A DNA stretch of 64,000 nt from assembly GCA_951406725.2 (NCBI GenBank), contig OX597819.1, positions 20,646,001 to 20,710,000 on the forward strand. The letters are read 5' to 3'. The DNA is from Octopus vulgaris (Eukaryota). The notes below the pieces were generated by a model, which did no database searches, was not told where the DNA came from, and saw only the letters and a list, made by a program, of their open reading frames with translations. Made by a program: the position numbers and the translations under genes. Below, one piece after another: positions 1-13,332 of the stretch (within the stretch, counting starts at the first letter, position 1; the number at the start of each line of letters is the position of its first letter).

Positions 1-26
1 GTGGGTATATATGTAGACTGATTTAT

Positions 27-166
27 ATTACATAATCTCCGAAGAGGCCTTATGATATTTTTGTAAACGACTCATTTATATCTATATATTGACCTACCAT
101 AAAAGGCTGATATTGGTAAAATGAGACATACTTATCTATATGGCCGAAACAGCTGTAAGATGTAAT
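27..166 (+). ncRNA. Type I hammerhead ribozyme motif, U4C core variant, palindromic stem III (ACAGCTGT)
   Basis: Stem I atct(35-38)/agat(158-161) plus attac(27-31)/gtaat(162-166); core CCGAAGA (39-45); stem II ggcc(46-49)/ggcc(142-145) with a long insert; GAAA 146-149; cagctg; GUA triplet. Followed by a T-rich tail running into (TA)n. Confidence 0.6.
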
Positions 167-409
167 CTATACTTATATTTATATTTACTTATATTTATAT
201 TCTCTTTTATATATATTCTCCTTATTATACAACATTACACTTTTATGTACACTTTTTTATGTACATTCCTTTATGTACACTTATTTGTTCTACTTTTTAT
301 ATTTAACCCTAGAGTCTCTTATGTGGTGGTTCAATAAAGTATGTGATTGAGTATTATCTGGTAATTGATGTTTGATTTAGATGTATTTCCCCATTTTCTT
401 ATCTTGTAT

Positions 410-975
<566 letters not shown>

Positions 976-1043
976 TAGGTCCCGCGTTGAGTCGGGGTTA
1001 ACCACAGTAAATAAGGTACTCAATACATAGCAGAGTAAATTAC

Positions 1044-1169
1044 TTTATTATATAGAAGGAGCTTCTACAGGACTAGAACTGTTTCATTCAAAAGAAATCA
1101 TCAGGAACCTCTGATGATTTCTTTTGAATGAAACAGTTCTAGTCCTGTAAGCTCCTTCTATATAATAAA
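1044..1169. repeat. Near-perfect inverted repeat (about 60 bp arms, 6 nt spacer), each arm carrying a hammerhead core
   Basis: Left arm 1044-1104 is the reverse complement of right arm 1111-1169 except for a 2-nt indel; spacer gaacct. Confidence 0.95.
1063..1107 (-). ncRNA. Minimal type I hammerhead ribozyme motif
   Basis: Minus strand reads ttc CTGATGA t-ttc-tttt-gaa-t GAAA cag-ttctagtc-ctg TA gaa: stem I ttc/gaa, stem II ttc/gaa (non-canonical U-U closure), stem III cag/ctg, GUA triplet. Mirror copy on + at 1109-1151. Confidence 0.6.
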
Positions 1170-1299
1170 TATATTATATATATATATATATATTATATTA
1201 TATATATATAGTATTATATTATATATATATATATATTATATTATATATATAATATATATATATTATATTATATATATATATTATATATATATTATATAT

Positions 1300-1330
<31 letters not shown>

Positions 1331-1340
1331 ATATATATAT

Positions 1341-1376
<36 letters not shown>

Positions 1377-1855
1377 ATGAGTGATTTATTATTAATATAT
1401 CGTAACTTGTCAATTTCTGAAAGCAAGTCCTTTATTTTTATCTCTGCTCTATTAATTATGGCATTGTATGAATACTACACATTAATATAAATACACCAGC
1501 AACAAAAACAACAAGGAGGTGGACAACAACAACATCAACAACAATGTCTTCCAGAATATAAGATTGATGAAGATCTGCATTCATGGACATCATAAAGCTT
1601 AATTCCGACTAATTGAAATAAAGAAAGAAAATTAATCACATTTTTCATAACGTGTAAAAGAAAACCTTTCTCACACCTAAGAACATGCGTATGTACTTGT
1701 GTGTCTGTATGTGCGTGAGCGTTTTCTTGTGATTGCGCATACGAGCACCACGTTATGGCAATCAGCAAGAATCAGGCACCTCCTAATATGAAGATAACCA
1801 TCAATGCACCATCAAGAGAACAAACCAATAATAGAAATTGCAAGAATATCGCTAG

Positions 1856-1941
<86 letters not shown>

Positions 1942-2381
1942 TTAAAGAGGACATTGTTATCACGATAAAGGAAAAAAAGGTAGAAAGAACGTTAAATGGA
2001 AAATGCTCGGGAAGAAAACCTAGAACAGTGATTTGATGACGTCAAGAACTGGACTAATATTGATACACTCTTTACTCTCTTTTACTCATTTATTTGTTTT
2101 AGTCATTGGACTGTGGCTATGCTGGATCACCGCTTTATGATAAGAAATACTTTAGATGTTTTGTACTACATGTGCAATTTTGTAACTCCTATTAGAAAGT
2201 AAAACATGTGTAATGGTTTATAAACAATACCTCCGAAAAGTTTCACTCTGCTACTTTGATATTAATATTCTGAGGAAAATATTTTCTATATTCAGATCTT
2301 ATGCATACTTTACACAAATATAACATTTGCATACAGATTTGGAAATACTGGATTTTAACTTTATCTCCAACTAAATGTGAC

Positions 2382-2416
<35 letters not shown>

Positions 2417-2878
2417 TGAACGTTTATATTTATCTTTGTATGAAAACGCTATTCTATCTGTGTTACTGATGACAAAATATATTCCTTTCCTTCTCATACA
2501 AAAGCAATTTCATCTTTAGCAGAAGCTTTAAAGAGCACTGAATAGTAATGAGAGTTTGAAAAGAAAATTATTCAAAATACAAAATTATCTAGGCGTGAAG
2601 AATAGCATGTTTGAACGTTGCTATCTTTTAGATATCGTTATCTTTGCGGAAACCTGTTTCTACGAGAAACACAACCTCATAAAATCTTGGGCTGACATTG
2701 CAAATATATGAATAAATAATGCTATTTTCAATCACGATTACCACCTCTATATATTTCTAATGTCTAAATGCGTACAAACACAAAAAGAAAAAAATATTCC
2801 AGTCAAAGTGTACGCACACACGCGCGCGCGCGCACACACACACACAAATCACACACGTATGTATGTATTGACGTGTGC

Positions 2879-2914
<36 letters not shown>

Positions 2915-3346
2915 TTTTATAAGAGGTTCTACATGCGCGTGTATTTGTGAATATATCCGCACAGATATATGTGTGTGTCTGTGAGTATGTATATATAAGG
3001 CTTAATTTCCACACTCTCCAGTTTAATTCAATTCGTCCTTAGTCGAAAGACACCTGTTGTTATGTCCTGTCATAATTTTTATTGTATTTATTATTGTATT
3101 TATATTTGTGTAACTTTGTCCGTTTTTTCATTCCTTGTTTTTGTATATATTCGCTGCTTTCCTCCAAGGAATCTAATGCTCTTAGTTTAGTTTTTCCTTG
3201 GGGCCGGCCAGATTGCAGCAATCTCAAGAATAATAAGCCGAAATTGCGAGGATAATCTGGTTTTGACTGAAGGTAGAAAACATCGAATGACCCATTCTTG
3301 TTTTCTTTGTATCGTCTAACTTATGGTTACGTGAAGAAATGATTCC

Positions 3347-3700
3347 TTAATGGTTTTTAGAATTTGAAAAATCTATCCTAATTCGGTGTGAATTGATAAT
3401 GGATTGGTATCTGGAATTCTTTGGAAAATTCTTATCTATAGCTTCACGAAACTGATGAGGGTGGTTGGATTTGATCTGCTTATTAAATGGAATGATCAAG
3501 TGAATTGTTTTACGAGAACGAACCCTGTTATCTTTAGAAGTCCTAGATTTTTTTTTAAGTATAAAGGAAAATAAAGAACGGTTATCTCCCTTACGCGGCA
3601 AAAACACGTTTTTTGATTTATTGCTATTAACAGTAAAAAAAAAACAACATAACTTGCTAGCATTCTCCTTATAACACATATCTCCGAACGTGGTAATCAA
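3347..3700 (-). mobile_element. Penelope-like element fragment (RT thumb/linker region), degenerate
   Basis: ORF RKTIHLIIPFNKQIKSNHPHQFREAIDKNFPKNSRYQSIINSHRIRIDFSN is clearly homologous to the 12412-12670 segment, which lies upstream of a GIY-YIG domain. Confidence 0.7.
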
Positions 3701-3990
3701 ATTCGGTTAAAACGGCTTATTGGTGTGTTTTGTTCCCTTCATTCCCTGACGAGAAGGTTGAATTGTTTTACATCACTTCTATTCCGTTCAGAAAAATATC
3801 TCGGTATTTTTTTGCAACTTATTTTGGAAGGAAAAAGGATTTGAATAACACCGGCGTTTTACTCCGTTTCTTAATTTATCCATGTCATACAAAAACATTT
3901 CCCTTAACCTTGGAATTTCCACCTTTATGAATAGGCTGTAATATCTTTGGAACTTACGTGAACTTTTGCCACCGTGTTAACTATTTATTT
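3695..3990 (+). mobile_element. PLE pseudo-LTR-like repeat with a decayed CATATG-family hammerhead (3742-3829)
   Basis: Aligns with 35365-35540 (attcggttaaaa..cttattg..gtttt; gatttgaataacacc). CTGACGA intact at 3746-3752, but GAAACATATGTC has decayed to gcaacttatttt. Inverted relative to the adjacent ORF fragment. Confidence 0.6.
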
Positions 3991-4032
3991 ACTTTTTCTT
4001 GTTATTCGTAATCATTGAAAAAGCATACATAC

Positions 4033-4073
<41 letters not shown>

Positions 4074-4086
4074 TATATATATGTAT

Positions 4087-4165
<79 letters not shown>

Positions 4166-5691
4166 TATATGTGTGTGTGTGGATGTGCTTTTTACATCTC
4201 TATGTGTGTGTGTGGCGTGTGGCGTGTGTTTTTCTTTGGCTGTGTGTGTTTCTGTTTACATAACATATTATTCAGCACCATACATAATAACATCATTTTA
4301 ACAAAGAATTATTGCACTCACTGTTCTTCTTTCATCACTGTCTATATCTCTCTGTGTCGTTAATTTCCGCCTCTCTATTGCAGTATTTATTCAATTTCTC
4401 ACTCTCTCACTTTCTCTCTCTCTCCCTCTCTCTCTCTCTCTCTTATATAATGACTCTTTTACCTTCTCATCGAGTGTTTCTCTCACTTATTTGCTCTACT
4501 TTACTATTCTTCCCTCTACATTCTCATTTCCTCTCAAACCTGACTTCACACCTAGTTTATCTACCTAACATTATATTCCTCTATACGATTGCTTGCAGCT
4601 TTCAATCACGATTTTATTCAATCTTTACAGCAACTTCAACCATAAAATAAAATCTGCTCTACATAAACTGTTTCACAGACTCTATCTCTTCCGAACAATG
4701 ATATACATTCACTAACAATGTTTGTTTGTTGTTTATTTGTGTTCACTCCATGCCTTTCATTTTCTTCTGTTTATTCTTACCTTTTCGTTTTGTTCTTAGC
4801 TTTATCATTATTATCACCTGCAGTATATAACGCTCTTCTTCCTGCATGCATGATGTGCCACTTATTATCATCAATGACACCAAATTTATTTCTTAACTCT
4901 GAATAGAAACTTTATAAATATTTACTCACATACACAATTTCCAATGACAATATTATTTCTCCCACTCCCTCTCTCTGTTTCCTTCTCTGTCTCTCTGTCT
5001 GTCTCTCTCTCTTTCTTTCCTCCTCTACTTTCTCGCTTCGTCATTATTCTTACCGTTTTAGCTTTACTCTCTTCATATGACATTTTTTTGTGAAGGTTAT
5101 TTTCTTAATTAAAATTCCACTCCGTAACAATCTTAGGAAAGATATAAAAGTCTTTTTGATTGCTTGTCTCTGTTATTTTTTCTTCACATTTTCCTCGGTG
5201 AATTCTCAATGATTTAATATTAAGAGAATTAAGTCTATTATGAAGGGATAATAGTCACAATGACATGACCGATATGAAGATTCTGGCATTCCAGAATCTT
5301 AATTACAATTTCTTCAGCTAAGGGCTGTTTAATTATGGAATATAGAAAATCATATAATCTCGTATATCAGAATATAAAATCGTATAAACCAAAGTACAAG
5401 TATATAAAAAATAAATACCTGAGTAGGATCTAAGGATCTAAAACGAATCATCTAAAAATGAATATTTATGTGACAACACATGTATGAAAGAAATTTACTC
5501 AGGGACACGATCTACTTGAAAAATAATGGTTTACAATAGCTATTTAAACATTTATATAAAGAGATCTGACGTTTAATTAATTAACATTACGTTCATAGTA
5601 AAGAGAAATAATCACCATTTTAGTTTGTATTTCAGGTCCCAAAAGTTAGAGGAGACAATTCTAAATTAGTTTTAATTCGATATTTATAATA

Positions 5692-5853
5692 GGCGCAGGA
5701 GTGGCTGTGTGGTAAGTAGCTTGTTTACTAACCACATGGTTCCGGGTTCAGTCCCACTGCGTGGCACCTTGGGCAAGTGTCTTCTACTATAGCCTCGGGC
5801 CGACCAAAGCCTTGTGAGTGGATTTGGTAAACGGAAACTGAAAGAAGCCCGTC

Positions 5854-5904
<51 letters not shown>

Positions 5905-6117
5905 TGTGTGTGTTTGTTCCCCTAGCATTGCTTGACAACCGATGCTGGGGTGTTTATGTCCCCGTTACTTAGCGGTTCGGCAAAAGAGACCGATAGAGTA
6001 AGTACTGGGCTTACAAAAGAATAAGTCCCAGGGTCGAGTTGCTCGATTAGAGGCGGTGCTCCAGCATGGCCGCAGTCAAATGACTGAAAGAAGTAAAAGA
6101 GAGTAAAAAGAGAGAAT
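5692..6117 (+). mobile_element. tRNA-derived SINE, family 1 (CORE-like segment, internal microsatellite), full length
   Basis: A-box TGGCTGTGTGG, B-box GGTTCAGTCC, CORE-like caccttgggcaagt, internal (TA)n(TG)n, A-rich GTAAAAGA tail; near-identical copies at 27129-27544 and 37831-38258. Confidence 0.9.
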
Positions 6118-7089
6118 ATTGAAGCGTGTCTGCTCTTGCTATTAAGGTGACATCTGCGAGTATGTTTCGGAGTTATGAAACCTCTATAAGGAAACACAAT
6201 CGATCTTACTGACTGTATTACATGAGAAAATTAGTTCGGAGAGAAATATCAGTAGGTTCTGAATAAATATTTCGTAGTTGCGATTACAAAAACACCATTA
6301 TTAGCTTTACAAAATATCTTTGAAAAACTTTACCGAGAAGAAAGAGAAATAATGAAGTCTGTGTTAACTTCGTTTATGTAGTGAACTATGGGATATTTCA
6401 TTTATATGTATTGTAATTAAGAAACACTTGTTTACAATTGGTTTGTTTTGATGGTGTTTTCTGACTTAAACGAGAGATGAGGGTTCTGCAACTTCTGGCA
6501 GTACAACCTGGTAAGACGATTTGCTTATAGTATTGAAATATTTATGCCTTACATGAGCACGTTCCAGCAATTAAACCTACATTTTCTATAAAGGAGTGCG
6601 GTGTGTCACACGTCAGATGTGGAAGTGATCGCAAACCAGCATGAAATATGTGTTTTGCTTTAAAAAAAAAGCACAACACACCGCCAGAATTCGAAACCAC
6701 AATCTTGTAATCATGAGCAGAATGCCTTAACTACTAAGCTATGCACCTTCACCTATTTGGTAGTATAAAGAAAACAATCAATTTGGGTAAGTATTTATAG
6801 ATGCTATAGATTTGAAAATGTCTTTGTGTACCTAATGCTATATCGCATGATAAGGTTAGGGCCTTTATGTGGTAGCATGAGTCCCTCATCTAATCCTATT
6901 CTGTTAAGAATTAAAATACCTATTGCGTTCTAGAACTGCACAAAACTAGTCTAAACTCTTTCGGTCATTGGTCTGCTAATCAAATGAGACCTATATTGGT
7001 CGGCTGCTGATACAACTAGGTCAGTGTCACCCTCATACAAACGCATACACTCACGAATACACGCACAGACAGAAACGCACGCACATACG

Positions 7090-7300
7090 CTAATGACCTA
7101 CAATACAGCCGACGCAGACACAGCAGAGAGCTTACCATGAATATGTTAGCATGTATATGTCCATCGCAATACACGGCGCAGATATGTGGTGTCGCTTCCA
7201 TCTGCCTTTCCTCCCCTTACTGCAGCGGGTTTGCATCCTCGGGATTGGCTGATTTCATACAGAGGCTGTCTTCCACCTGCAGTGCTGCACTAACGACTCC
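7090..7300 (+). mobile_element. Probable RTE-clade LINE C-terminal remnant
   Basis: Frameshifted reading PYC.RVC..GIG..H resembles the RTE C-terminal C..C.R.C.SRIGL.SH motif. Confidence 0.35.
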
Positions 7301-7974
7301 TATCTCTCCTTCTTTCTCAGAGCGTTGTCGTCTGGAAATTCTCCACCCGCAAGCGTATATTTCTGTTCAATGACGCCAGCCAACAATGCGAATTGTCTAA
7401 TCTTCTCAGTGTCACTTCTTTATGAGACCACCAATAATCTTACTGAAGACTTTTCCTGAAACCGTTCACAATTACGAAAGTAAGAAAGCAAAATAGAACA
7501 CTATCAAACTACAATTAAGTACAGCTCTCACAGTTTGGAACATTTAGGGCTAAATATAAGTGTGTAGGGGAATTATTGATCGAAAATCTGTGTAGATAAA
7601 CGCAACATATTTAGAACTCCTCAGAGGAGAGATTTTGTGTACTTACGAGCATCAGAAACGGCCATGTGTTAGGTACTTATAGGAATATGGCGTTACTACA
7701 TTTAAGGTTTTCTGCCCTAAATTAATTATCCTTCATTTGAGCAAATTCAATTTTCCAGATAGAACTTCGTCACTTATATGCACACACCTTATAGACATAC
7801 GGACAAGAGCTGTTGTATAAAATCTTTTGGATTCCAAGCAGATTTTCCAACATTAAATATGGAAATCAGTTAGTGATATAAATAGATTGTGGAATATATA
7901 GAAACAGCAAAAGTAGCGAATAGTGTTCCTTATTGAAGTAATAACTTTTATAAGTTTAGAACTTTTGAAGATTC

Positions 7975-8250
7975 CAGCCGTGGCAGTGTGGTAAGAAATC
8001 TACGTGTGTGAGCATGTGTGTGTGTGTGCGCGCGCGCACGGGGATGCGCTTTTGTCCCCCAATACGACCACTTGACACCCAGCCGGTGTTGGTTTGTTTA
8101 CGTTCCCAAAACATAGCAGATCGGCAAAACTGAGGATACAATAAGTGCCAGACTTTAAAAGAAATGGAATCGATTCGTTCGTCTAAAATTCTTCGAGGCG
8201 GTACCCCAGCATGGCCACAGTCTAATGATTGAGAAAATTTAAGAGATAAA
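7975..8250 (+). mobile_element. SINE family 1, degenerate and internally deleted
   Basis: gtggcagtgtggtaag head and ggcggtaccccagcatggccacagtc tail match 5692-6117. Confidence 0.75.
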
Positions 8251-8399
8251 TGTTGGAAATAATGCAGTGAAGTTTAAATTATTCGATCCGATCTTCTAAT
8301 TAGAGTAAATAGTTCCTTGTATTGCCAACTGATTAAACATAGTTAATTTGTATGAGTTGCAGATGTGACTAGTCCTAACCAATCGATCCACAGCCTGGA

Positions 8400-9380
8400 G
8401 CAGTTTCTTTGGCTCGTTTAGAAACTTTTCAAAACTAAAATCAGCTATAGACGCTAAAAGAGGATGCCGGGAAAATTATACAGATCAAAATTCGGAAATT
8501 CAAGGAAAATAACGTAGAGAAACCTGGAAGGAATTGTAAGTCGATGGAAAAGAGGCTGGTGAACATCAAGTTCTTAAAATAATTCTCAGTATGGAACAAA
8601 TTTAGATATTAAGAATTTGAAGAAAACGAAATACATATACGTAAGTAATTTAACGTTGCGAAATTACAAGTCCTGCGCTACATGGGACCCAAAGAGGATT
8701 CTTTTAGATTTGGAGGTACTGGAATCCTTGAATTACAATCAGTGTGTGATCCAAGAAGGGACCTGGGTAATGTTGGATCATTCGTGGAGCATATTACTAA
8801 GGTGGCAGTAATATGCAAGCGACCGACCGGAGTGAAACTTAGAAATTTCAGAACGAGAGAACCGCAACGATGGTTGTCTTCTAAATTACATCTGTCCACA
8901 AAAGTTTAGACTACTGCACACAGCTATGGACACCAAAGATTGTAAAATTAACGACGGAACTCGAAGCAATCCAGTGAAGCTACACAAAGAGTCTCAATGC
9001 GACAGGTTGAAAAGGATAGTATTCTATTCTCTAGACCGAAGGCTGGGAAGATATGCTACGAGATATATCAGGAATTCCATGGTAGTATTTGTTCCAAACT
9101 TTGGCATTGTAAATTACACAGATAGCAGACCGAGGTGCTACTGCATTGTGCCAAAGATCCTAACATTATCATCATGATAAAGAACCTATTACTGTAATTG
9201 ATTGGGTTTCTAGGACCCACAGTAATTCACTCTCCTCTTAAAAAGCCCGACAGACGTACATGGCTCGACGTTCTCTTTATCAAGTGTCCCAGACGAAACC
9301 ACATAGCAGCAGGAATCACAGATGAAGGCGTCAGAATCAGACTCCCATATTTACCAAATGTCACATATTAGAGGAAATTT
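8400..9380 (+). mobile_element. Highly degenerate CR1-like LINE 3' region
   Basis: DRLKRIVFYSLDRRLGRY resembles ERLKxLxLYSLERRRERY; 3' tcaagtgtcccagacgaa matches the other CR1-like ends in the window. Confidence 0.55.
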
Positions 9381-9475
9381 CAAGTTGTAAAAGTGTAGCA
9401 AAACCAACGGTGGTAACCCAATATGGTCGCAGCTCTGTAGCTGAAGCTAACAATAAAATATTGTGTTCGATTGTC

Positions 9476-10352
9476 TGTGTATGGTACACAAAGGGAACCG
9501 GAAATGATCTGCGTGGGACAAATTCGTTGTATTTGAGGGTCCCCCGCGGGAAGCCACATGACGCGACCCTCAGGCATCAGCCTGCCGAACAGCATCGTTG
9601 AGTCGGATCGCACTGTCACATGGTGCGTCTTTGTTTCGCAGTGCTTCTCCTTTGTTTGTCGATTTTTGCGATTTCTAAAACAAAGGAAGAATATGTTTCC
9701 GTGGAATTTTGTTTTCTGCTGGCGAAAAAGGCGGTCGAAACTCTTGTCATGCGTCGAAGAACTTACAACAACGCTGTCATGAGAAAAAATACTAGTATAC
9801 GAGTAGTTTTCACGAAATGGTCTCTTGTCGATTGAAAACCAACCTCGTTCAGGACGATTATAGACCTCCCGAAAGAATGAAAACATCATGGAAATTCATG
9901 AACTGATCATGGAGGACATTTTACGAACTTGCTGATATGACTGGTATGTCCTGGAGCTCCTGCCAATGAACTTTCAGCGCGGAATTGCAAATGAAAAGAA
10001 TTGTAGCAAAATTAGTGCCTCGCTTGCTCACGGAAGATCAAAAGCAGTCACAAATGAATGCCTGTCGTGAACTGAAAGAACAGCTGGAAGTTGATCCGGA
10101 CCTTGTTTCGAAGGTCATCATTGGTGACGAAATCTGGTGCTACGGAATTTGCAGACGTGGAAGAGGTGAAGACGAAAGCGACGGAGCCGTTAAAAGGAAT
10201 CACTTCGACAGAGTTGCTGGGCTGCTTCGAATAGTGGAAAAAAGCGCCTCGTCTGATATTTTGCTTCGAAGGCGATAAAAGTGTAAACTTATAAAACTAA
10301 GTGGATGAAATAATATTGCAAAATTCCAGTTTCTTTTGGGTACTTTCTCGTA
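9476..10352 (+). mobile_element. Internally deleted mariner (Tc1/mariner) DNA transposon
   Basis: HTH-region VEFCFLLAKKAVETLVM; MKRIVAKLVPRLLTEDQK...KVIIGDEIWCY (WVPRxL-like motif and first catalytic D); the rest of DD34D is missing; degenerate TIRs ggtacacaaagggaaccggaaat (about 9483) and aaattccagtttcttttgggtactttctcg-TA (10321-10352). Confidence 0.85.
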
Positions 10353-10834
10353 TAAGCTCTCTATATACGTTTGTGTGTATGATTATCATGTACACCCACA
10401 TGCGTGGGGGCGGAGTAGTTTTTAAGCTGGTATAGATACACATAGGTAGAAATTTACTCGACGTGACTGTGATTAAAATGGTGCACTAAGAAAAGTGTTC
10501 CTCTGGAGGTTACACAATAGCATTCTTACCATTTACCGTTTTACAGGAAATATTCCTTTCAGTCTTAGATTCGTCACTTCCACACTAGTACGCACAGTCT
10601 ACTGCTGTTTTACCAAGTTTAAAGTATTCTATGCTAGCAATTAATGTGTCGCTGTGATTAATATGTTATTAGAAAGAAATGTCAGCTCCAATTACCAGAC
10701 TGCCTTTGATGTTTTTATTATTTTAATATAGAAAGTAATTTCTGGTTGCCTACATGTTCTGGTATATGTGTGTGTGTGTTTGTACACACACTCACACACA
10801 CACACGCACACACACACATATATATATATTTAAG

Positions 10835-11508
10835 TAGTTGAATGAATTATCATAGTATGGAGAATTCGGTTAACCGATACCTGGGTAGCAAATTCACGTC
10901 AGAAAAACACGGTTGAAGCTACAAGCCAGGGGCAGAGATCACGTGCTTTCGTGTGGAAATTTGTGTGTTTTTTTAATAAATGAAAGAATGGAGTTTAACG
11001 ACGATTTAACAAAATTCCTTTATTCTCGACATATGTTTCGAAGACTGCATATTCCTAATTTCGAAGGAATAAGGGGTGCATTATGCCGCCTTCTCATCAG
11101 GAAAAAACAATGAACTTATGTCAGCATCAAGATAAACAAAGACTCTTAGATGACTGCCCACACGGAGTCCATGTCGATAAAGAGTGTTTCTATAAAATAT
11201 TCCGTTATAAGCGGTGACGTCAAAAATGGTTGAATGTAGAAGATTCTAGAAAGTTCAAGGGTTCAAACAAGGTTGGAGGTGAGAGGTCTAAAAATAGGAA
11301 GGTGATAGGTTGCAAGTCATATGAATGGTGATGTGTTGTTTGCTTTTGTGATTGAGTGCCTATGTGTGTGTATGCATATAACTGCATTCGTGTGTATGTG
11401 TGTGTATGTGTGTGCATGATTGTGTGTGTGGTTGGGTAGATGCCAAAAGCAAACAGTGGTGAAGTGACAGGTTTGTGCCTGTGTGTTTGATTGTGCTTAC
11501 GATAGAGA

Positions 11509-11539
<31 letters not shown>

Positions 11540-12690
11540 GGGAGGGCGAGGTAGAGACAAAGGTAAAACATACCTCAACGAATTTGGTAGTAGTCCTTTA
11601 TGAGTATAACAATTTGTCTATGGGGGTGATGTATAAATGGAACGAAATTAATAAAATTCAAGGAGGTTATCTATATTAATCATCATTCAATTGAGTGAAA
11701 GGTATGTTTCTGCTAGTGCATGCACCTATAGCATTTTTCAACCATTGTATTAACTAAAGGGAATTTGGTGAACAATATATGGAAAAGTTCGGAATTACAG
11801 ACACCACAAAATTTTCTGCCCTTATCAAACGGAAAGGATACAGACAAAATGGACCATTCCAGCTTGAAAGTTATATTGCTGTCCTTAAGATGCCAAAATA
11901 ATTTACTTGGTCCCGTGCTTTGTTGTTTTCTCTTATCTCGGAACGTTGAATAATGATTGGAGATCTTCTGGGATAATTTAGAAGTAGTTGCCCCAATGTA
12001 GAATAAGACATCGGTACCGGAAGAAATTTTACATTGGTAAATGGAATTTCTAATTTTGGAATTGCTGGGCAAGAACTTTAATCTGTTAGGGTTTACCTCC
12101 GAGACTAAGACGGAGTTTTTAATGTTATGATTGCTGTTAATATTATTGCTAGCATTGACCACAATACTATTCCTATTATTATCATTACTATTAATTGTAC
12201 TATCGTCGGCAATTTCCCTGACTATAGGAATGCTGGGGTTGTTATCATCAATACTACCACTGTTATTAGAAATGCTGTCGTTACTACCACTAACACTACC
12301 ACTGTTAATAATCCGACTAATATTATTATTAATATTACTATTGTTAATGCCAACGCTGCTATGAATGTTGCTATTATCAATATTATTTCTATTATTATTA
12401 TTATTGTATGTTTAGTTGGAATTGGTAAGGGGGGTGTCGTAACTCCCGGGTGTTGAATCCTTATTTAGTAGCTTGTTATTATGGGAGGCAATGATCTGCG
12501 ATAGATTTCTAGTGTTGGAGAATGCAATCCTTACCTTTTGCGAATTGATAGTAGGGTAATACCTAGAGTTCCTGGGAAAGTTCCTAGCTACTGCTTCACG
12601 GAACTGTAAAGGAAGGTTTGATCTGATTTGTTTCCCGAAAGGTATGACAAACCAGATATATTTTTTGTGGACTTGTTCAGAATTGTTCAG
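10835..12690 (-). mobile_element. 3' part of a C-terminal-EN Penelope-like retroelement (linker + GIY-YIG + 3' UTR/pLTR with hammerhead)
   Basis: Linker YIWFVIPFGKQIRSNL...SHNNKLL (12412-12670); GIY-YIG SIYQCKI...FYIGATT...ISNH...EWSIL...CGVCNSE...RCMH (11713-12060); hammerhead downstream on the same strand; both ends in microsatellites. Confidence 0.85.
11023..11105 (-). ncRNA. Type I hammerhead ribozyme, intact core, palindromic stem III (ACATATGT), GUC triplet
   Basis: Minus strand: ttttc CTGATGA GAAGGC..TGCA..TATTCCT-loop-AGGAATA TGCA GTCTTC GAAA CATATG TC gagaa. All core nucleotides present; stems I and II pair. Confidence 0.8.
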
Positions 12691-12918
12691 AGTGTATATA
12701 TATATAGATAGATAGATAGACAGATAAATAGATAGCTTAATACAAATATACATATATATATAGATCTAGATATACATATACACATACATACATACATATA
12801 TATATACACACACACACACACACATATATATATATGTATATATATACAGGCTATGAGAGGTAATGTTGTTCGGCGATTATGCGAAGAAGGAGTCCAACAT
12901 AGGTCATATATCAGCGTG

Positions 12919-12990
<72 letters not shown>

Positions 12991-13235
12991 GGCTGTACTT
13001 TTTCTTTTTCGTATAGCATTATTAAATGAGAATCCCACAAGAGAGAATATATTAATTATGGCGATAATCAGGATAACTAATGGAGTTCATTAGGAACAAA
13101 TCCAATCCGATCGGATTAAATCTGTCAACACCAACCTTCCATATTCACGGCAGTCCGAATTTTTGTTTAACATGGCAATCTAATGGAAGATTTTGACGGT
13201 TTTGTCGGCGAGATCGTTTGGAGGAAGGTAATGCG

Positions 13236-13272
13236 GCAGTAGTAGTAGTGGTAATAGTAGTAGGGGCAGCAT

Positions 13273-13332
<60 letters not shown>

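Noticed and set aside
3030-3330. Possible further hammerhead relics (gcc GAAA ttgcga; ctgaagg..catc gaat)
   Set aside because: Cores too degenerate to support.
5277-5300. Hairpin aagattctgg-catt-ccagaatctt (also ttctatgg-aaa-ccatagaa near 57300)
   Set aside because: Short isolated inverted repeats in AT-rich DNA with no supporting context; not bacterial terminators.
5692-5760. tRNA gene calls for SINE heads
   Set aside because: Only A/B boxes are retained and they continue into SINE bodies; no full cloverleaf.
7443-7470. CTGAAGA cttttcct GAAA ccgtt hammerhead-like spacing
   Set aside because: No stem II or stem I pairing; expected by chance.
13000-13090. Hydrophobic signal-peptide-like stretch [19 protein letters not shown] (minus)
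   Set aside because: Immediately preceded by in-frame stops; no start codon or acceptor.
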